A stretch of 64,000 nt of DNA from a virus (Duplodnaviria; Caudoviricetes). The DNA is taken from positions 160,001-224,000 of IMG/VR virus record IMGVR_UViG_3300011868_000001; one strand, written 5' to 3'. Shown here piece by piece: positions 9,044 through 20,100 of this stretch. The notes beneath the pieces were generated by a model. That model saw nothing but the letters and a program-made list of their open reading frames with translations, ran no database searches and was not told the origin of the DNA. The position numbers and the translations under genes are program-made. The stretch's first letter is position 1, and every line of letters begins with the position of its first letter.

Positions 9044-10396
9044 TTATGCTTGAACCAGACCCATCTGGCGGCAGAGCCAGTAGTTGACATACTTGCAGGT
9101 AGCAAGCAACGCTACTTCACGCGGATCGGTATCTTCCGGTACCGAAGCGCCAGCGCGGTTCATCAGGCGGATGAACGTCAGTGCATCGGTCTTGGCGAAG
9201 AAGACTTCACAGACAACATCGGTCACCAGACTGTTGATGTCATCGCAGTTACGCTCATTGACCTTGCCGGCCAGTTCCTGCAACTTACGCGAAGCCGCTT
9301 CCATACCTTCGCCCAGATCACGAGCCACGATCGTTTTCGCAACGATCTGACGCAGTGCATCACGAACGATACCGGTCATTTCAGCCTGCACCTTGATGCT
9401 GCGCAGGTTCATCTCGCGGTTGTAAATCTGCTCCAGAGCAGCCTTGTTCTCGATCAGCTGACCGGCAGTGAAACGACGACCGGCCATTTCGTTACCGATC
9501 AGTGCTTCCGGCGTCAGGCCTTTCTCCAGCAGCGCACGGTATGCCTTGCCCATCACAACGATAGTGGTGAGCGAGTCACGACCATCGGTCGAGTACAGGG
9601 TGCCGAGTTTCTCCGCTTCGGCGTAACGCATCATGGCGCCACGCAGCAGGTGTGCAGTCTTGCCGAGCAGACGATTGAGGTAATCGTTGTACTCAACCAG
9701 GGTGAGGTTAACACCCGGCTCTGGCTCACCGTAGATGGCCTGAGCAGCTACCAGAACACCCGGCAGGAAGTCGACGTGGATTTGTTGCGGGCCGGCCTGA
9801 CCGGTCAGTACCTTGAGCACTGCCGCGTAGCCTTCATCATTGCCCAGGCTCAGAACCGTGGCAAGTTCGGCATCGAACCCGGCCATACCCGTTTTGCACA
9901 GGTCCTTGAGACGGTCGATGGTGACCGGCGCCAGATTCCGTGCCGCAAACTCGAGCTGAGAAGCTTGCGGGTAGCGTTCAGCCAACTGCTTGAGAGCAGC
10001 ATTGCTGTACACGGCCGGGATTTCCTTCATCACCACCGAATACGGCAGCGAGGCTTCGATCCGACGCTGATTGACATACTCCTGCACTTCCGCCGCTACC
10101 TCTTTGATCAGCGGCAGGACCTGTGTACGGGTGATGTCATGTAGACGAGCAATCGAGAGCGAGGCCAGTTTGATGATGTCGGCTTTGGCGACGCGGTGGG
10201 CGTCTTCACCGGAGCGTGCCTGCAGAACCGAAATCAGATCGGCGTTATCTGCCAGGTCTTGTTCGACCAGGAAGCTGCTGGTTGCCTGAGTGAGGCTCAT
10301 CAGCGGCGAACCATCTGTCGGCAGAACTCTAAGCTTGCGCTCGTCCAAACGCTGGGCGATCGGCAGGGCAGCTTCAATCGAGATACGGTTAAGCAT
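9044..10396 (-). CDS. conserved phiKZ-like protein (gp177-like by synteny)
   Basis: 450-aa ORF with phage-typical codon bias; hairpin at 9012-9037 downstream. Confidence 0.7.
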   Translation of the reverse strand: MLNRISIEAALPIAQRLDERKLRVLPTDGSPLMSLTQATSSFLVEQDLADNADLISVLQARSGEDAHRVAKADIIKLASLSIARLHDITRTQVLPLIKEVAAEVQEYVNQRRIEASLPYSVVMKEIPAVYSNAALKQLAERYPQASQLEFAARNLAPVTIDRLKDLCKTGMAGFDAELATVLSLGNDEGYAAVLKVLTGQAGPQQIHVDFLPGVLVAAQAIYGEPEPGVNLTLVEYNDYLNRLLGKTAHLLRGAMMRYAEAEKLGTLYSTDGRDSLTTIVVMGKAYRALLEKGLTPEALIGNEMAGRRFTAGQLIENKAALEQIYNREMNLRSIKVQAEMTGIVRDALRQIVAKTIVARDLGEGMEAASRKLQELAGKVNERNCDDINSLVTDVVCEVFFAKTDALTFIRLMNRAGASVPEDTDPREVALLATCKYVNYWLCRQMGLVQA

Positions 10397-10583
10397 GCTC
10401 GCGACCCTCGATTACATTGTTGATATCCGCTGCACAGATAGCAGCGATGGTGCGGTCATTGAGCGGCGCGCCTTCCAGGTGGTTGGAGACGAGATTACCC
10501 GAGACGTTGGAGATGATTTCCACCGCCAGATCCACAGCGCCCGCAAGCACTGTCAGGTTGTTGAAGGTAGTAGCATTGCTCAT
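10389..10583 (-). CDS. small hypothetical protein
   Basis: 64 aa, AGGA RBS, overlaps the start of the next gene. Confidence 0.65.
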   Translation of the reverse strand: MSNATTFNNLTVLAGAVDLAVEIISNVSGNLVSNHLEGAPLNDRTIAAICAADINNVIEGREHA

Positions 10584-10652
10584 GTGGCAAGTTCCTGTGA
10601 AATTTCAAGGCGCTGTAAAAGGAGATCCAGGGGCACTGCCCCTGGACTTCAA

Positions 10653-13600
10653 CTACTTGGTGTCATTGGCCGTCCACATCTCAGCGGCTTTTTCACCGAT
10701 GGCAGTCAGCACGGAGATGGACATCCCGATCAGCAACGCTGACAGAACGATTCGGTCCATGACCGACTTGGCGCCGAAGATGGCATTGATCTGTTTCCCA
10801 GACTCTGTTTCGTTCACCCCACTTAAGCGATGACCAACCACAGTTTTCATCTGGTTGCAGAACACTGCCTTATCGCCCACGCCCATGCCTTCCCGGTGAG
10901 TGATGTAGACTTTGATAGCAACGTGATCGAGTTCCAACCCGTTCCCATCGATCCGCAGGGACTGGTCGACCTGACCTGTGACAACTGGCTTGCCCAAGCG
11001 CTTAGCCATCTTGCGACGACGTTTGTCATGGGCACTGACCAACTCCAACAACGAATCAGACATGTCGTCAGTATCGCCGTGATAGAACACCTCGATCTTC
11101 GAGACCTCGCCAACAGCCCCCGCAGTCGGGGTTGCCGAAGACATCATGCGAAGAGTTTCAAGGTCATCTTCAGAGAAGAGTCCAGAATCCGCTGTTACAG
11201 CATCTTCAATCGTGCATAAGATACTCGTGATGTCCGTGTGGTCGCCTTCCTTGACAAGATTACGGATGGTTTGATCAAACCGTACCACGATGGTCTTGAC
11301 CTTCGTTACTTCAGAGCCCAGCTGCTTTGCCAGCCAGTCATCCATGGCCGAGGAGTCTTCCAGGGTGTAGGATGCTTCCATCAATGCAGTCCGAGCAATG
11401 ACCCCTGCCTTCCACTGCACCTGGTGACGGTGGAAACGACTCGGCTTAAAGAAGCCCGAGTTGTACTTGAGGATATCGCCTTTCTTGACTTTATCGCCCA
11501 ACTGGAAAGAGGTTGCCTGTTTCTGCGGATAGACCGACCCGGCTGAGATGCCGTACTGCGTTGTCAGGTCGATGTGCTCGAACGTACCGTCCTCGTATGC
11601 CACCACCATGTGTTCATCGCTAAGCTCAACGACTTCACCATCTTTCGCAGCCGGCATGGCAAAGATCTCATCGACCCGATGGGCCAATACATGGTCATAG
11701 CCGGTGGAGATTGGCGACTCCCGGTAGCCTTCCGAGGAGATCACATGTGATTGCTGAATACCGATAAAGTTCACCCGCTTAGGGTCGTCTCGATCGGAGA
11801 ACGGCGAGATCAGTGCCGAGGTCGAAACAATGTTCGCTGAGCCGTCTTGTTCCTTATCGAACTCACGAACCGTCCCACGCACACTGGTGATGTTGGCATT
11901 GGGTGACATGTAGGTGATTACCGCCACATCGCCCGAGTCCACCGTACTTTCGGAAATGAACCCGATGTCGCTTTCCTTATACAGTCGAGCTTCTGCGGTC
12001 ATCGACCGACCACTGCGTCCGCCTCGACCACCGTAGGTGATGATTTCCTTCTGCTTGAGGTTCTGGATGGGGTTGATGTCATCGACCAGCGCACTGGCCG
12101 GGTCCTGCACGATATTCGTCCAGACTTCGTGCGGCTTCATGGTCACTTGCGAGTTGTTGCTGGCATTGCGCGAGTTGTAGACTCGGATGGACCGAACCAA
12201 CTCCCCGTACACCGCCCCTGGAATACGCTCATAACCCTTCGCCCGTTCCAGCCCTTCGACCAGTCCGTCAGCCCCTTCGACTTTATTTGGAACGTACCGC
12301 GTTACCAGCAGTTCACAGGCCCGTACCAACAACGGCACAAACTCAGTCGGCTCCTTCATCCATTCGAGCACGCCCTTGGTGATCGGATCGACCCACATGG
12401 CGTTCATCAGATCAAGCTCGCGCAGATAGCGCAGACCGATGTTGTTGGCCTCAAGAATGTTGAAGTACACATCCTTGGCATTGAAGCTGTGGCGACTGAA
12501 GTTACGCACGTGTTTGTGGTAATGTAGGAACCCTGCAAAGATCAGACTCGATTTGACATCGGTCTTATCCAGTACCAGCGTTTCATCCAGAAACTTGATG
12601 GCGTATTCATCCGCACCCATTTGCAAACGAGTGCCCAACGGCACGACCCGCACCTGAGCCTTGGTCAGCTCGATCAGACGATCGAAGCCCAGCAGATACG
12701 CCAGGGCGATACCCACCGGCATGCTCTTACCGAAGATGCTGATCTCGGCCATATTGACCGGTGCTTTATCCATGGGCAGGCCCAGGACTTCCTCAATTGG
12801 GCCGATTGGTGTTGCATCGTCGCTATTGGGTTTGACCAGATAGAAGATGTTATCCGGCGCCACCATGATGTACTGATTGCCCCGCTTACCGCAGACCACC
12901 CATTTCTTGAAGCGATTTTCCAGTTCTTCAACGACCGCCATGTCAAACAGCTTGGCACGATGACGGTTCTTGTAATCGAACCAGTAACTGCCGTTGGCTT
13001 CGAAACTGAATACTCGACTGGCGGTGATGGTGTAGATCGTCGGTAGATCAAGCGAGAAGTCTGCCACGTTGGCGATCTTCACATTCTTGATGCTCTCATC
13101 GGCCGGATCGAGACCCTTGGCAATGATTTGCTTACCCACCCAGTTGTCGTAGTTGAACACCGACCGTTGCGACCGGTCAACGAACACCTTGCTGTAGTAC
13201 GAGGTCAGGGCCACCCGCGAGTCATTGACTTTGCGGATAGGGACGTCAGCCTTCTGCGTACGCATGCGGTAGCGCTGGCCGTTGGAGGTGTAGACCCCGC
13301 GTTTGTCCACCACAGGAACCCGGAATGAGATGGTCGAAGGCTTGCCAGTCACCGGCGTCAGTTGAATCTTGTGGACTTCATAATGACTGACTGCATCCTG
13401 CACGGTTTCAACCGTATACCCCGTAACCGCGATGCCGGCTTTCTGCACGGACATGACCGCATTCAGGATATCCTTGTTCATCACCTTTTCGATGTACTGA
13501 CTGTCCATTTTCTCAACAGTCGATTGCAGCATCGATTCATCCCGCACCGCATCGGTCTTCGGATACGTGTCAGCTTCGCCCAGGACCAGATCATCATTGG

Positions 13601-15035
13601 GGATGTCCAGCGACTCTTCGATCGTTTTGCTACTGTCCCATGGGTTGGGGATGGTCTTGTAGCTTTCCGCCAACCGTTGCATCCGCCGATATTGCGCGGC
13701 AGTGTACAGGTCCTTTTCCACCAGCTCATCGAGCTTGGCATGGATCGTACTGGTCAGGGTGTGTTCGATATTGCTGGTCCCGACCGCCGCCGGTACATCG
13801 ACCCGCTCATCAGGAGAAGACTCGATGATCAGCTCGCCATCTTCATCCATCATGATGGCGTCGCTATCCGTTACCGGAGTATCGAGTTCAGCCGACAGCT
13901 CTTCTTCTTCCTCACGGGCCAGCTCAAGAGCGTTGCCAGATTCCTGAAGAATGCGTTCTTCTGCCTCAGCCTCTTCTCGCGCTTCCTCTTCACTGCGCTC
14001 AGCTTCGAGTTCCTGTGCATCGTCACTGGTATCGACTACGGCACTGGTTTGATCCACCACCTTGGTCAGCAGCTTAAGGAACCTGATCTGAATGATTTTC
14101 GGATCGAGACCCTGGGGCGATTCCAGCGAGGCTTCGAACAGCCCATCGACAGGCGTACAGTCACCGGCATTTTCCAGCGAGACGTATTCGTCGTAGAGTG
14201 CATCGAAGTCGAAGTTCTCCTCGGCCTCGGGAGCCTTGAACGATTCCATCGACACACCGGCATCAGCCTTGCGCCAGCCATTGAGAAGCCCGAGGTTGAT
14301 CGTCAACCAACCGGTGTCGCGACGGATCAGCAGGATGACTTCATTCAACCGTGATTCATCCAATCGAGCCATGGGGGTGCTCTTGCGGTTTTCACCCAGC
14401 CATGTCCAGATGTCGAGCAGGTCCAGTCGTTCGCGTGACGTGAACACTTTGTTCATCAACAACGGCGTCATCCCGCGTTCGGCTTTGCGCAGATCAGACA
14501 GCGATGGGAGCGACTGCGGAACATCGAAGATCACTACATGTCGACGTTCATTATCGGTCTTAAGTTGGTTGATCCGTTCCCACATGGTCGAACGAATGTT
14601 CTTCCAGTACCACCAGCGGCTCAGTGCCGAGCGCATGTACTTGTACATCTGCCCGACCATGGCGTAGTTGATCACCACCAGGTTCAACGGCTCTTTGCTC
14701 GCTGCGTCATAATCGCGCATCGGCCGGATGAGCATGTTTTCGCGGCGATACTGCTGTTGCATCGGTGCGATCAATTTATAGGTTGGTCGCGGATTACCTT
14801 CCTTTACCAGCAGATCAGCAACATGATCGATGTAAGTCAGGCGCTGACCTATATTGAGCAGCGGGTTGTCCTTATCCGGACCCAGTTCGGTTTCGGTCTG
14901 AGGCATGTAGTGCAGGGCACTGCCACGCGGCAGGGTCAGGCGCGAGATCGGCCTGACCTTAGGGTTTTCCAGACCGCCCAGCCGCAAGATACCAAAGAGC
15001 TTGATAAAGCGGTCATACTGAAACATTACGGCCAT
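10653..15035 (-). CDS. virion RNA polymerase beta subunit, N-terminal/main part (phiKZ gp178-like)
   Basis: 1460 aa; RpoB-like motifs PFSDRDDPKRVNF..QQ, LEDS and GVGDKAVFCNQMKTVV; SME/SLE sites near aa 260-305. Confidence 0.9.
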   Translation of the reverse strand: MAVMFQYDRFIKLFGILRLGGLENPKVRPISRLTLPRGSALHYMPQTETELGPDKDNPLLNIGQRLTYIDHVADLLVKEGNPRPTYKLIAPMQQQYRRENMLIRPMRDYDAASKEPLNLVVINYAMVGQMYKYMRSALSRWWYWKNIRSTMWERINQLKTDNERRHVVIFDVPQSLPSLSDLRKAERGMTPLLMNKVFTSRERLDLLDIWTWLGENRKSTPMARLDESRLNEVILLIRRDTGWLTINLGLLNGWRKADAGVSMESFKAPEAEENFDFDALYDEYVSLENAGDCTPVDGLFEASLESPQGLDPKIIQIRFLKLLTKVVDQTSAVVDTSDDAQELEAERSEEEAREEAEAEERILQESGNALELAREEEEELSAELDTPVTDSDAIMMDEDGELIIESSPDERVDVPAAVGTSNIEHTLTSTIHAKLDELVEKDLYTAAQYRRMQRLAESYKTIPNPWDSSKTIEESLDIPNDDLVLGEADTYPKTDAVRDESMLQSTVEKMDSQYIEKVMNKDILNAVMSVQKAGIAVTGYTVETVQDAVSHYEVHKIQLTPVTGKPSTISFRVPVVDKRGVYTSNGQRYRMRTQKADVPIRKVNDSRVALTSYYSKVFVDRSQRSVFNYDNWVGKQIIAKGLDPADESIKNVKIANVADFSLDLPTIYTITASRVFSFEANGSYWFDYKNRHRAKLFDMAVVEELENRFKKWVVCGKRGNQYIMVAPDNIFYLVKPNSDDATPIGPIEEVLGLPMDKAPVNMAEISIFGKSMPVGIALAYLLGFDRLIELTKAQVRVVPLGTRLQMGADEYAIKFLDETLVLDKTDVKSSLIFAGFLHYHKHVRNFSRHSFNAKDVYFNILEANNIGLRYLRELDLMNAMWVDPITKGVLEWMKEPTEFVPLLVRACELLVTRYVPNKVEGADGLVEGLERAKGYERIPGAVYGELVRSIRVYNSRNASNNSQVTMKPHEVWTNIVQDPASALVDDINPIQNLKQKEIITYGGRGGRSGRSMTAEARLYKESDIGFISESTVDSGDVAVITYMSPNANITSVRGTVREFDKEQDGSANIVSTSALISPFSDRDDPKRVNFIGIQQSHVISSEGYRESPISTGYDHVLAHRVDEIFAMPAAKDGEVVELSDEHMVVAYEDGTFEHIDLTTQYGISAGSVYPQKQATSFQLGDKVKKGDILKYNSGFFKPSRFHRHQVQWKAGVIARTALMEASYTLEDSSAMDDWLAKQLGSEVTKVKTIVVRFDQTIRNLVKEGDHTDITSILCTIEDAVTADSGLFSEDDLETLRMMSSATPTAGAVGEVSKIEVFYHGDTDDMSDSLLELVSAHDKRRRKMAKRLGKPVVTGQVDQSLRIDGNGLELDHVAIKVYITHREGMGVGDKAVFCNQMKTVVGHRLSGVNETESGKQINAIFGAKSVMDRIVLSALLIGMSISVLTAIGEKAAEMWTANDTK

Positions 15036-15210
15036 GTTTGAATCGTCCTGTCAAATTGTGGATGACGTACTTGAGCGTATCGTAGTCATACGAGGCTAAG
15101 AGGCTGCCATCGGTATCGACCCAATACTGTCGAGAACGCAAGATGCGGTCATTCTCTTCGAGCGCTTCGTTGGACATCACCAAGGTCGCAGAACCGGTGT
15201 CACCGTCGAA
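15013..15210 (-). CDS. virion RNAP beta' subunit exon 2 (FDGDTGSATLVMSNEA..., 65 aa)
   Basis: Begins TTC GAC GGT GAC = FDGD immediately after the intron's terminal G. Confidence 0.9.
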   Translation of the reverse strand, partial: FDGDTGSATLVMSNEALEENDRILRSRQYWVDTDGSLLASYDYDTLKYVIHNLTGRFKHGRNVSV

Positions 15211-15606
15211 CGATATCTTCAAGTAGAGTCGCAACTCTCTACCCCGTGCACTTAAGCACTGCTCCAGGTTTTCCCTGGATGTCGAGACTATATCTTCACC
15301 TTCACCCTGAGGTGGTCAGGTGTCTCCCATTTCGGAACGCTTGTTCCTACGAGGCGCTACCCCCTAGTCGTTGAACCTTCCCCATGCCATTTGGTTTAGG
15401 GGCTTGGCTGCTAAAGGGACTCTTAGAGTCCACGGTTCCCCATTGTATCATCCGTCCCGTTTTCAGACCATGGCTTTGCCTTTCGGCTCGCAGTGGTGGG
15501 ACAGCTTTAGTGGGTTCCAGCAGTTAGAGAGAGATCATTCCATCATTTCGGATGGAAGGGACTTTAAGTCATTACCGAATAGGTAGATATACGGTATTAC
15601 TTGTTA
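15211..15606 (-). ncRNA. group I self-splicing intron (396 nt, no internal ORF)
   Basis: 5' exon ends in U (GCGGAT), intron ends in G; core elements P AACTGCTGGAAC (15514-15525), Q AGCAGCCAAG (15403-15412), R GTTCAACGACTA (15365-15376), S AAGATATAGTC (15286-15296); removal restores ADFDGD. Confidence 0.92.
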
Positions 15607-17058
15607 ATCCGCTTGCAACCCCACAAGCTTGGTCGAGTGAGGGGACTGCGTGTCCATATAGGAGGTCGAACCGGTCATGGGAAACTCAAGGGCGACGTGT
15701 TCCTCATCTTCGTAAGGCGCCCAATCATCATCGAGTTCAACACGCCGCTCACCGACCACCGTCGTCTTGACATACACCCGACTGGCATAAATGGAGCGAT
15801 TGCCCGAGATCGGATAACGGCAAATCTGCGCGAAGTATTTGTTCCAGTAGGCATAACCACACAGGTACAGCAACTCAACCAGATTGATCGGCGACACATA
15901 CTTGCGGTCCAGGTGGGCCGGCATGTCATGAATGTCGTAGAAGATCTTAAAGGTGCTATCCGGACCCTTGTAGATCAAGGCCAGGTAGTGTCCCTCAATC
16001 TCAATTGGACGATGACGCATGTCAACCATTTGATAGCGGTCAATGATGCTGTTCAGACCGTCGCGGGTCGTCCAGGTATCACGTACTTCAGGAGGCAGCG
16101 AGACCCAGGTGGGTCGCAGCGTCTGCTTGTCGATCAACTGGGCTTGTCCTTCACCGGACTGGATGCGTTCGCCGAATGTCCGCCGCAAGTGGTGGATGGT
16201 CACCGGCGTCAGGCCCTTGATCACCTGAAAGAGTCCAAGACTGGTGGCATCGAATCCAGGGGCGTTGGTATCGTTCAAGTTGGCAATAGAGGTGTCCATG
16301 ACGGTCAGCACGTTTCGAGTGCCGTAGACCACCCGGCGCGATGCCCACTTGTCCAGAATAAAGCCATTCTTACCAGCCAGCATGCCTTCGATCAACTCGT
16401 AGATTTCCATCATGCAGTTGGTCAGGGCATTGCGGGCGATATCCAGTGCAGGCGACTCCATGTCACTGGTCACCGGAATGGTGTTGCTGATCGACAATGC
16501 CCGATAATAAAGATCGTGGATCTCGTTCTTGGTCACCGCCCCCGTATCACTGATCTCAATGTCCCGTACCCCGGCAGGCAGAATAGGGATGTACTGCGTC
16601 AAGGCCACATCGCGATACTGGTTGATCATCTCGACCCGCATCATGCGTGTCGGGGATTTGCTCTTGCGCAGTTCCAGTTGTGGGAAATGGCGAACAAAAA
16701 AGCTGTAACCGGTCTCAGCCTTTTCCGACTTGTCTGCAATGAAGTCTTTGGTCACCGGATCGAAGATGGCAGTTTCCCGGCCGGCTATAATGCCGCGATA
16801 AATCGACTTCAGACTCATCAGGTCACGGAAGATCTTCGGATGGAAGATTCTCACCTTAAGGTCGAGGTAGGAGAAGTTGCGCCCCCGTTCATCCGACCCG
16901 ACCCGACCAAAGATCTTGGTGGAGTACAGGCCCTCATCGTGGAATTCACTGCTGGCTCCGTCGTAAATGTCGAGACTGGTCACAGGCGTCATTCGACTGA
17001 CCCGTTCCTTTGTCAACACCATGGGCCAGATTTTGGCCGGTACTTCAGCGTAGTTCAT
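15607..17058 (-). CDS. virion RNAP beta' subunit exon 1 (phiKZ gp180-like; spliced product 549 aa)
   Basis: RpoC-like motifs EGLYSTKIFG, IPILPAGVRDI, GKNG..SRRV, ICRYP; ends GLQAD before the intron. Confidence 0.9.
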
Positions 17059-17142
17059 CGTGCGTACCTGTAAGTTTTTCGGTCGTTTTCGACAGTTGGT
17101 ATGAAGGAGGCTTAGTATTATAAGCCAAATTGGAGAATTTCG

Positions 17143-20100
17143 ATGGCAAAGAAAGACGACATCGACTTGGACAATCTGGGCCTTGACGATTTCGATTTCG
17201 ACATTCCTGAGTGGAATGCAGACGAAGAAGTCGACAGCTCCTCACGCAGTCCAATCGAACGCGTAGTAAAAGGTACCTTGGCTGGCGCCAAGCAAGAGCT
17301 GGCCAGTCCTGCCGCCTTACGTCGTGCACTGTCCATGGCCCTGCCGGAAGGCTATGCCATGGCGGCCGACACCGTTGAGAACGTCTCGACGGATGCCCGA
17401 TCGCTATACGATAAGGTGACGGGAGAGTCTCCCGAGATCGTTCGCGGCAGCAAGAATTTCAGTCGCAAAGCCATGAATATGGTCGGCAACCGAGTGTTGC
17501 CGAAGAAGATTGCAGACCGCATCAACAATGCCCTGACGCAAGATGATGACGACGCTCCGGTTAAATCCTCTGCCGATTACAAGCGCGAGCAGGAAGAAAG
17601 TGAACTGGCAAGCCTGGCAGAAATCTTCAAGGCCTCGACTGCTGCCAACGAAGAACGTGCTCGTCAAGATGGCGTCGAAAACGTTGAGCGTAAAGCGCTT
17701 GACCAAGCTCGGTTTAAAACCAACATCCAGGTACTGACAGCTATCAACCGTAGCATGGCGCGGTTGGTTGGGTATCAGGATAAGGTGACAGCGCGCTACC
17801 AGCAGAAGATGCTGGAGCTTAACTACCGTCAGTTCTCGACCCAGAAGCAGATGCTGGACCTGTTGGTTGAATCGACCTCCAAGCAGAGTCAATTGCTTGA
17901 AACGATTCGGCACAATACAGCGCTGCCTGAAGCGGTAAAGATTCGCGGCAGTGAAATGTTTGGTCAGTTGGCCAAACAACGGTTGATGGGCAATGGTCTT
18001 AACACCATTTCCAACTGGTCTCAGAACTACACCAAGCAGGTGATGGACAACGTCTCCGGCATGGTGCAGGGCTTCCTCGATCCTATTAAGGACGTGGGGG
18101 CTATGACTGAAGGCATGGACATCGACAAGTACGAGATGGGCGGTAACGTCCTAGGGTCGATGATGGGCCAGTCGGTCCGTGATCACGCGGCTATGTTTAT
18201 TGCCCCGTATCTGGCCAAGAACAAGACCATCGCCCGTACCGGTGAGAAGCTTCGCAATACCTTCAGTGGATTGCCGCAGCGCATCAACGAGTATGCTCAG
18301 TCTGAAACTGAAGGCACTGGCTTTAAGTCTGTGGCAACACAGATGTTCAAAACATTCCTGCCCAAGTTCGTACTCGATTCACGTCCTGGCGGTGTATCGG
18401 TTGATCAGCTGGATGAAATGGATAAGTTCGATAAGATCGCCCGGCGGTCGTTGATCGAGATTATCCCTGGATACCTGTCTGAAATTGCTCACTGGAGCCG
18501 TATCGCTGTAACTGGCGAGAAAGACAGTGAGAAGAAGGTTTACAACGTTGTTCGCGGTGGCTTTACCAGCGAGAAAGAACAACTTAAGGATGTGGGTCGT
18601 CAGATCATGTCGCGTTCGGAACGTGACTCTCTGCGCAGCGCCGCGGATGAATTCCTTAAGATGATCGGTGGGGACATCATGTCCTCTAAGGCACAGCGAT
18701 CCCTTAAGCGCAAGCTTTTGGATGAACTGGCCAATGGACGCGATCTGGTTCCCAAGCGGTTAGCTGATCCGGCACAGTACCCGAACGAAGACGTTGCCGT
18801 GGTTGATGAAATCACGTCGCTTATTGTCGATGCGTTCGGTCTCGATTACGACGGCAATCTGACCGACAGTAGCGAGGAAGGGTTACGGCGCATCAACAAC
18901 ATCCGTGATCAGTTCTTGCGGATGTCGAGCATGATCCCTGCCAGCGGTGATCGCATCCGCGTGCTGGGTGATGTGCTGGGTAAAGACAGTCTGCGTAAGT
19001 TGGGTTACATCGAGCGCCAAGGCCGAGAAGACCGCATCAATTACGATAAAATCTGGAGCTCGGTACTCGATGAAGATGATGAATCAAGCGAAGGCGGAGC
19101 TTCGCAAGGCGGCCCGAATGGTAATAATCGCCGTGGTGTCCGTCTTAATAGTGTTTTTGGCGCTCCTGAAGTTCGTGGCGATCTCGCCAATCGCGCTAGT
19201 CGAGCTGATCGTGCACGTGCTCAAGGGGATGCCCCAACCACCCGCCGAGGGCTCGAAAGATACCTAGGTGACAAGAGCACCCTGATCACGCTGATTCGTG
19301 AATCGCGGGACTTCCACTCGGAGACGGTGGAATTGCTCAAGGCACTGAAACAAGGCGGGTGCACCCCAGTCAGCAACGGCTCGGGGTTGTACGACACCAA
19401 TACCAGTCGGATCAAGGCCCTGCGTGAATTCATGACGCAGAAAGCCACTCACGTGAGCATGAAGACTGGTGAGTTCGTCGACAAGGGTCAGAAGCTGGCA
19501 GGTGATGCTGTTCGTGAAGCCAAGGACATGTGGATACAGGGTGAGGACCATCCTCGACTGCAAGAATGGCGCCTGAAGGCAGGTGAGTATCGCGACAAAG
19601 CCACAGGTGAAGTGCTCAAGCGCTGGGAGGACATCCAAGGTGATGTCATCGACCTGAAAGGCAGGACAGTGGCACGGTACAACGAGATCATGGAAGATGG
19701 CGTGATTGCTGATTATAAAGGCAAGATCTTTAAACGTGCCGCCGACGTCATGGGGCGGTTCAAGGGATCGAAAGCCGGGGCGATGACCGCCAGTGCTATT
19801 GCTGGTGCTCAAACTCGACTGGCACCGGTCGCTGAACACATCGACGATCTCCGTCAGAGTGAATCGTTTGATGAATTCACGGACAAGTTTGGACGCAAGG
19901 TTGGTAAGGTTGGCAAGAGCGCATCTGATGCAGCCAGTAAACAAGCCCGCAAGTTCAAGCCACGTGCAACGCGCCTCATGCGGTTCTTCCGCAGTGATAA
20001 AGCCGACGCCGATATCTCGGGGCAACTGACCGGGAACCCGCAAGAAGATACCGTGACGCTACTCATGCGTTCGGTGCAATTGCAATTTGAAACCCTGAAG

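Noticed and set aside
15013-15234. 73-aa stand-alone ORF MRLYLKISFDGD...
   Set aside because: Its first 8 codons lie inside the intron; the remainder is exon 2 of RNAP beta'
15371-15586. 71-aa plus-strand ORF as an intron-encoded endonuclease
   Set aside because: Antisense to the intron core, short, and without nuclease motifs
15604-17058. beta' gene as a truncated pseudogene or frameshift
   Set aside because: Group I intron signatures and exact restoration of ADFDGD explain the break
15601-17073. Long antisense ORFs (also 9023-10144, 31499-32695, 44701-46197, 46784-48076, 56153-57124)
   Set aside because: Shadow frames opposite real genes, expected from the codon bias; no motifs or RBS support
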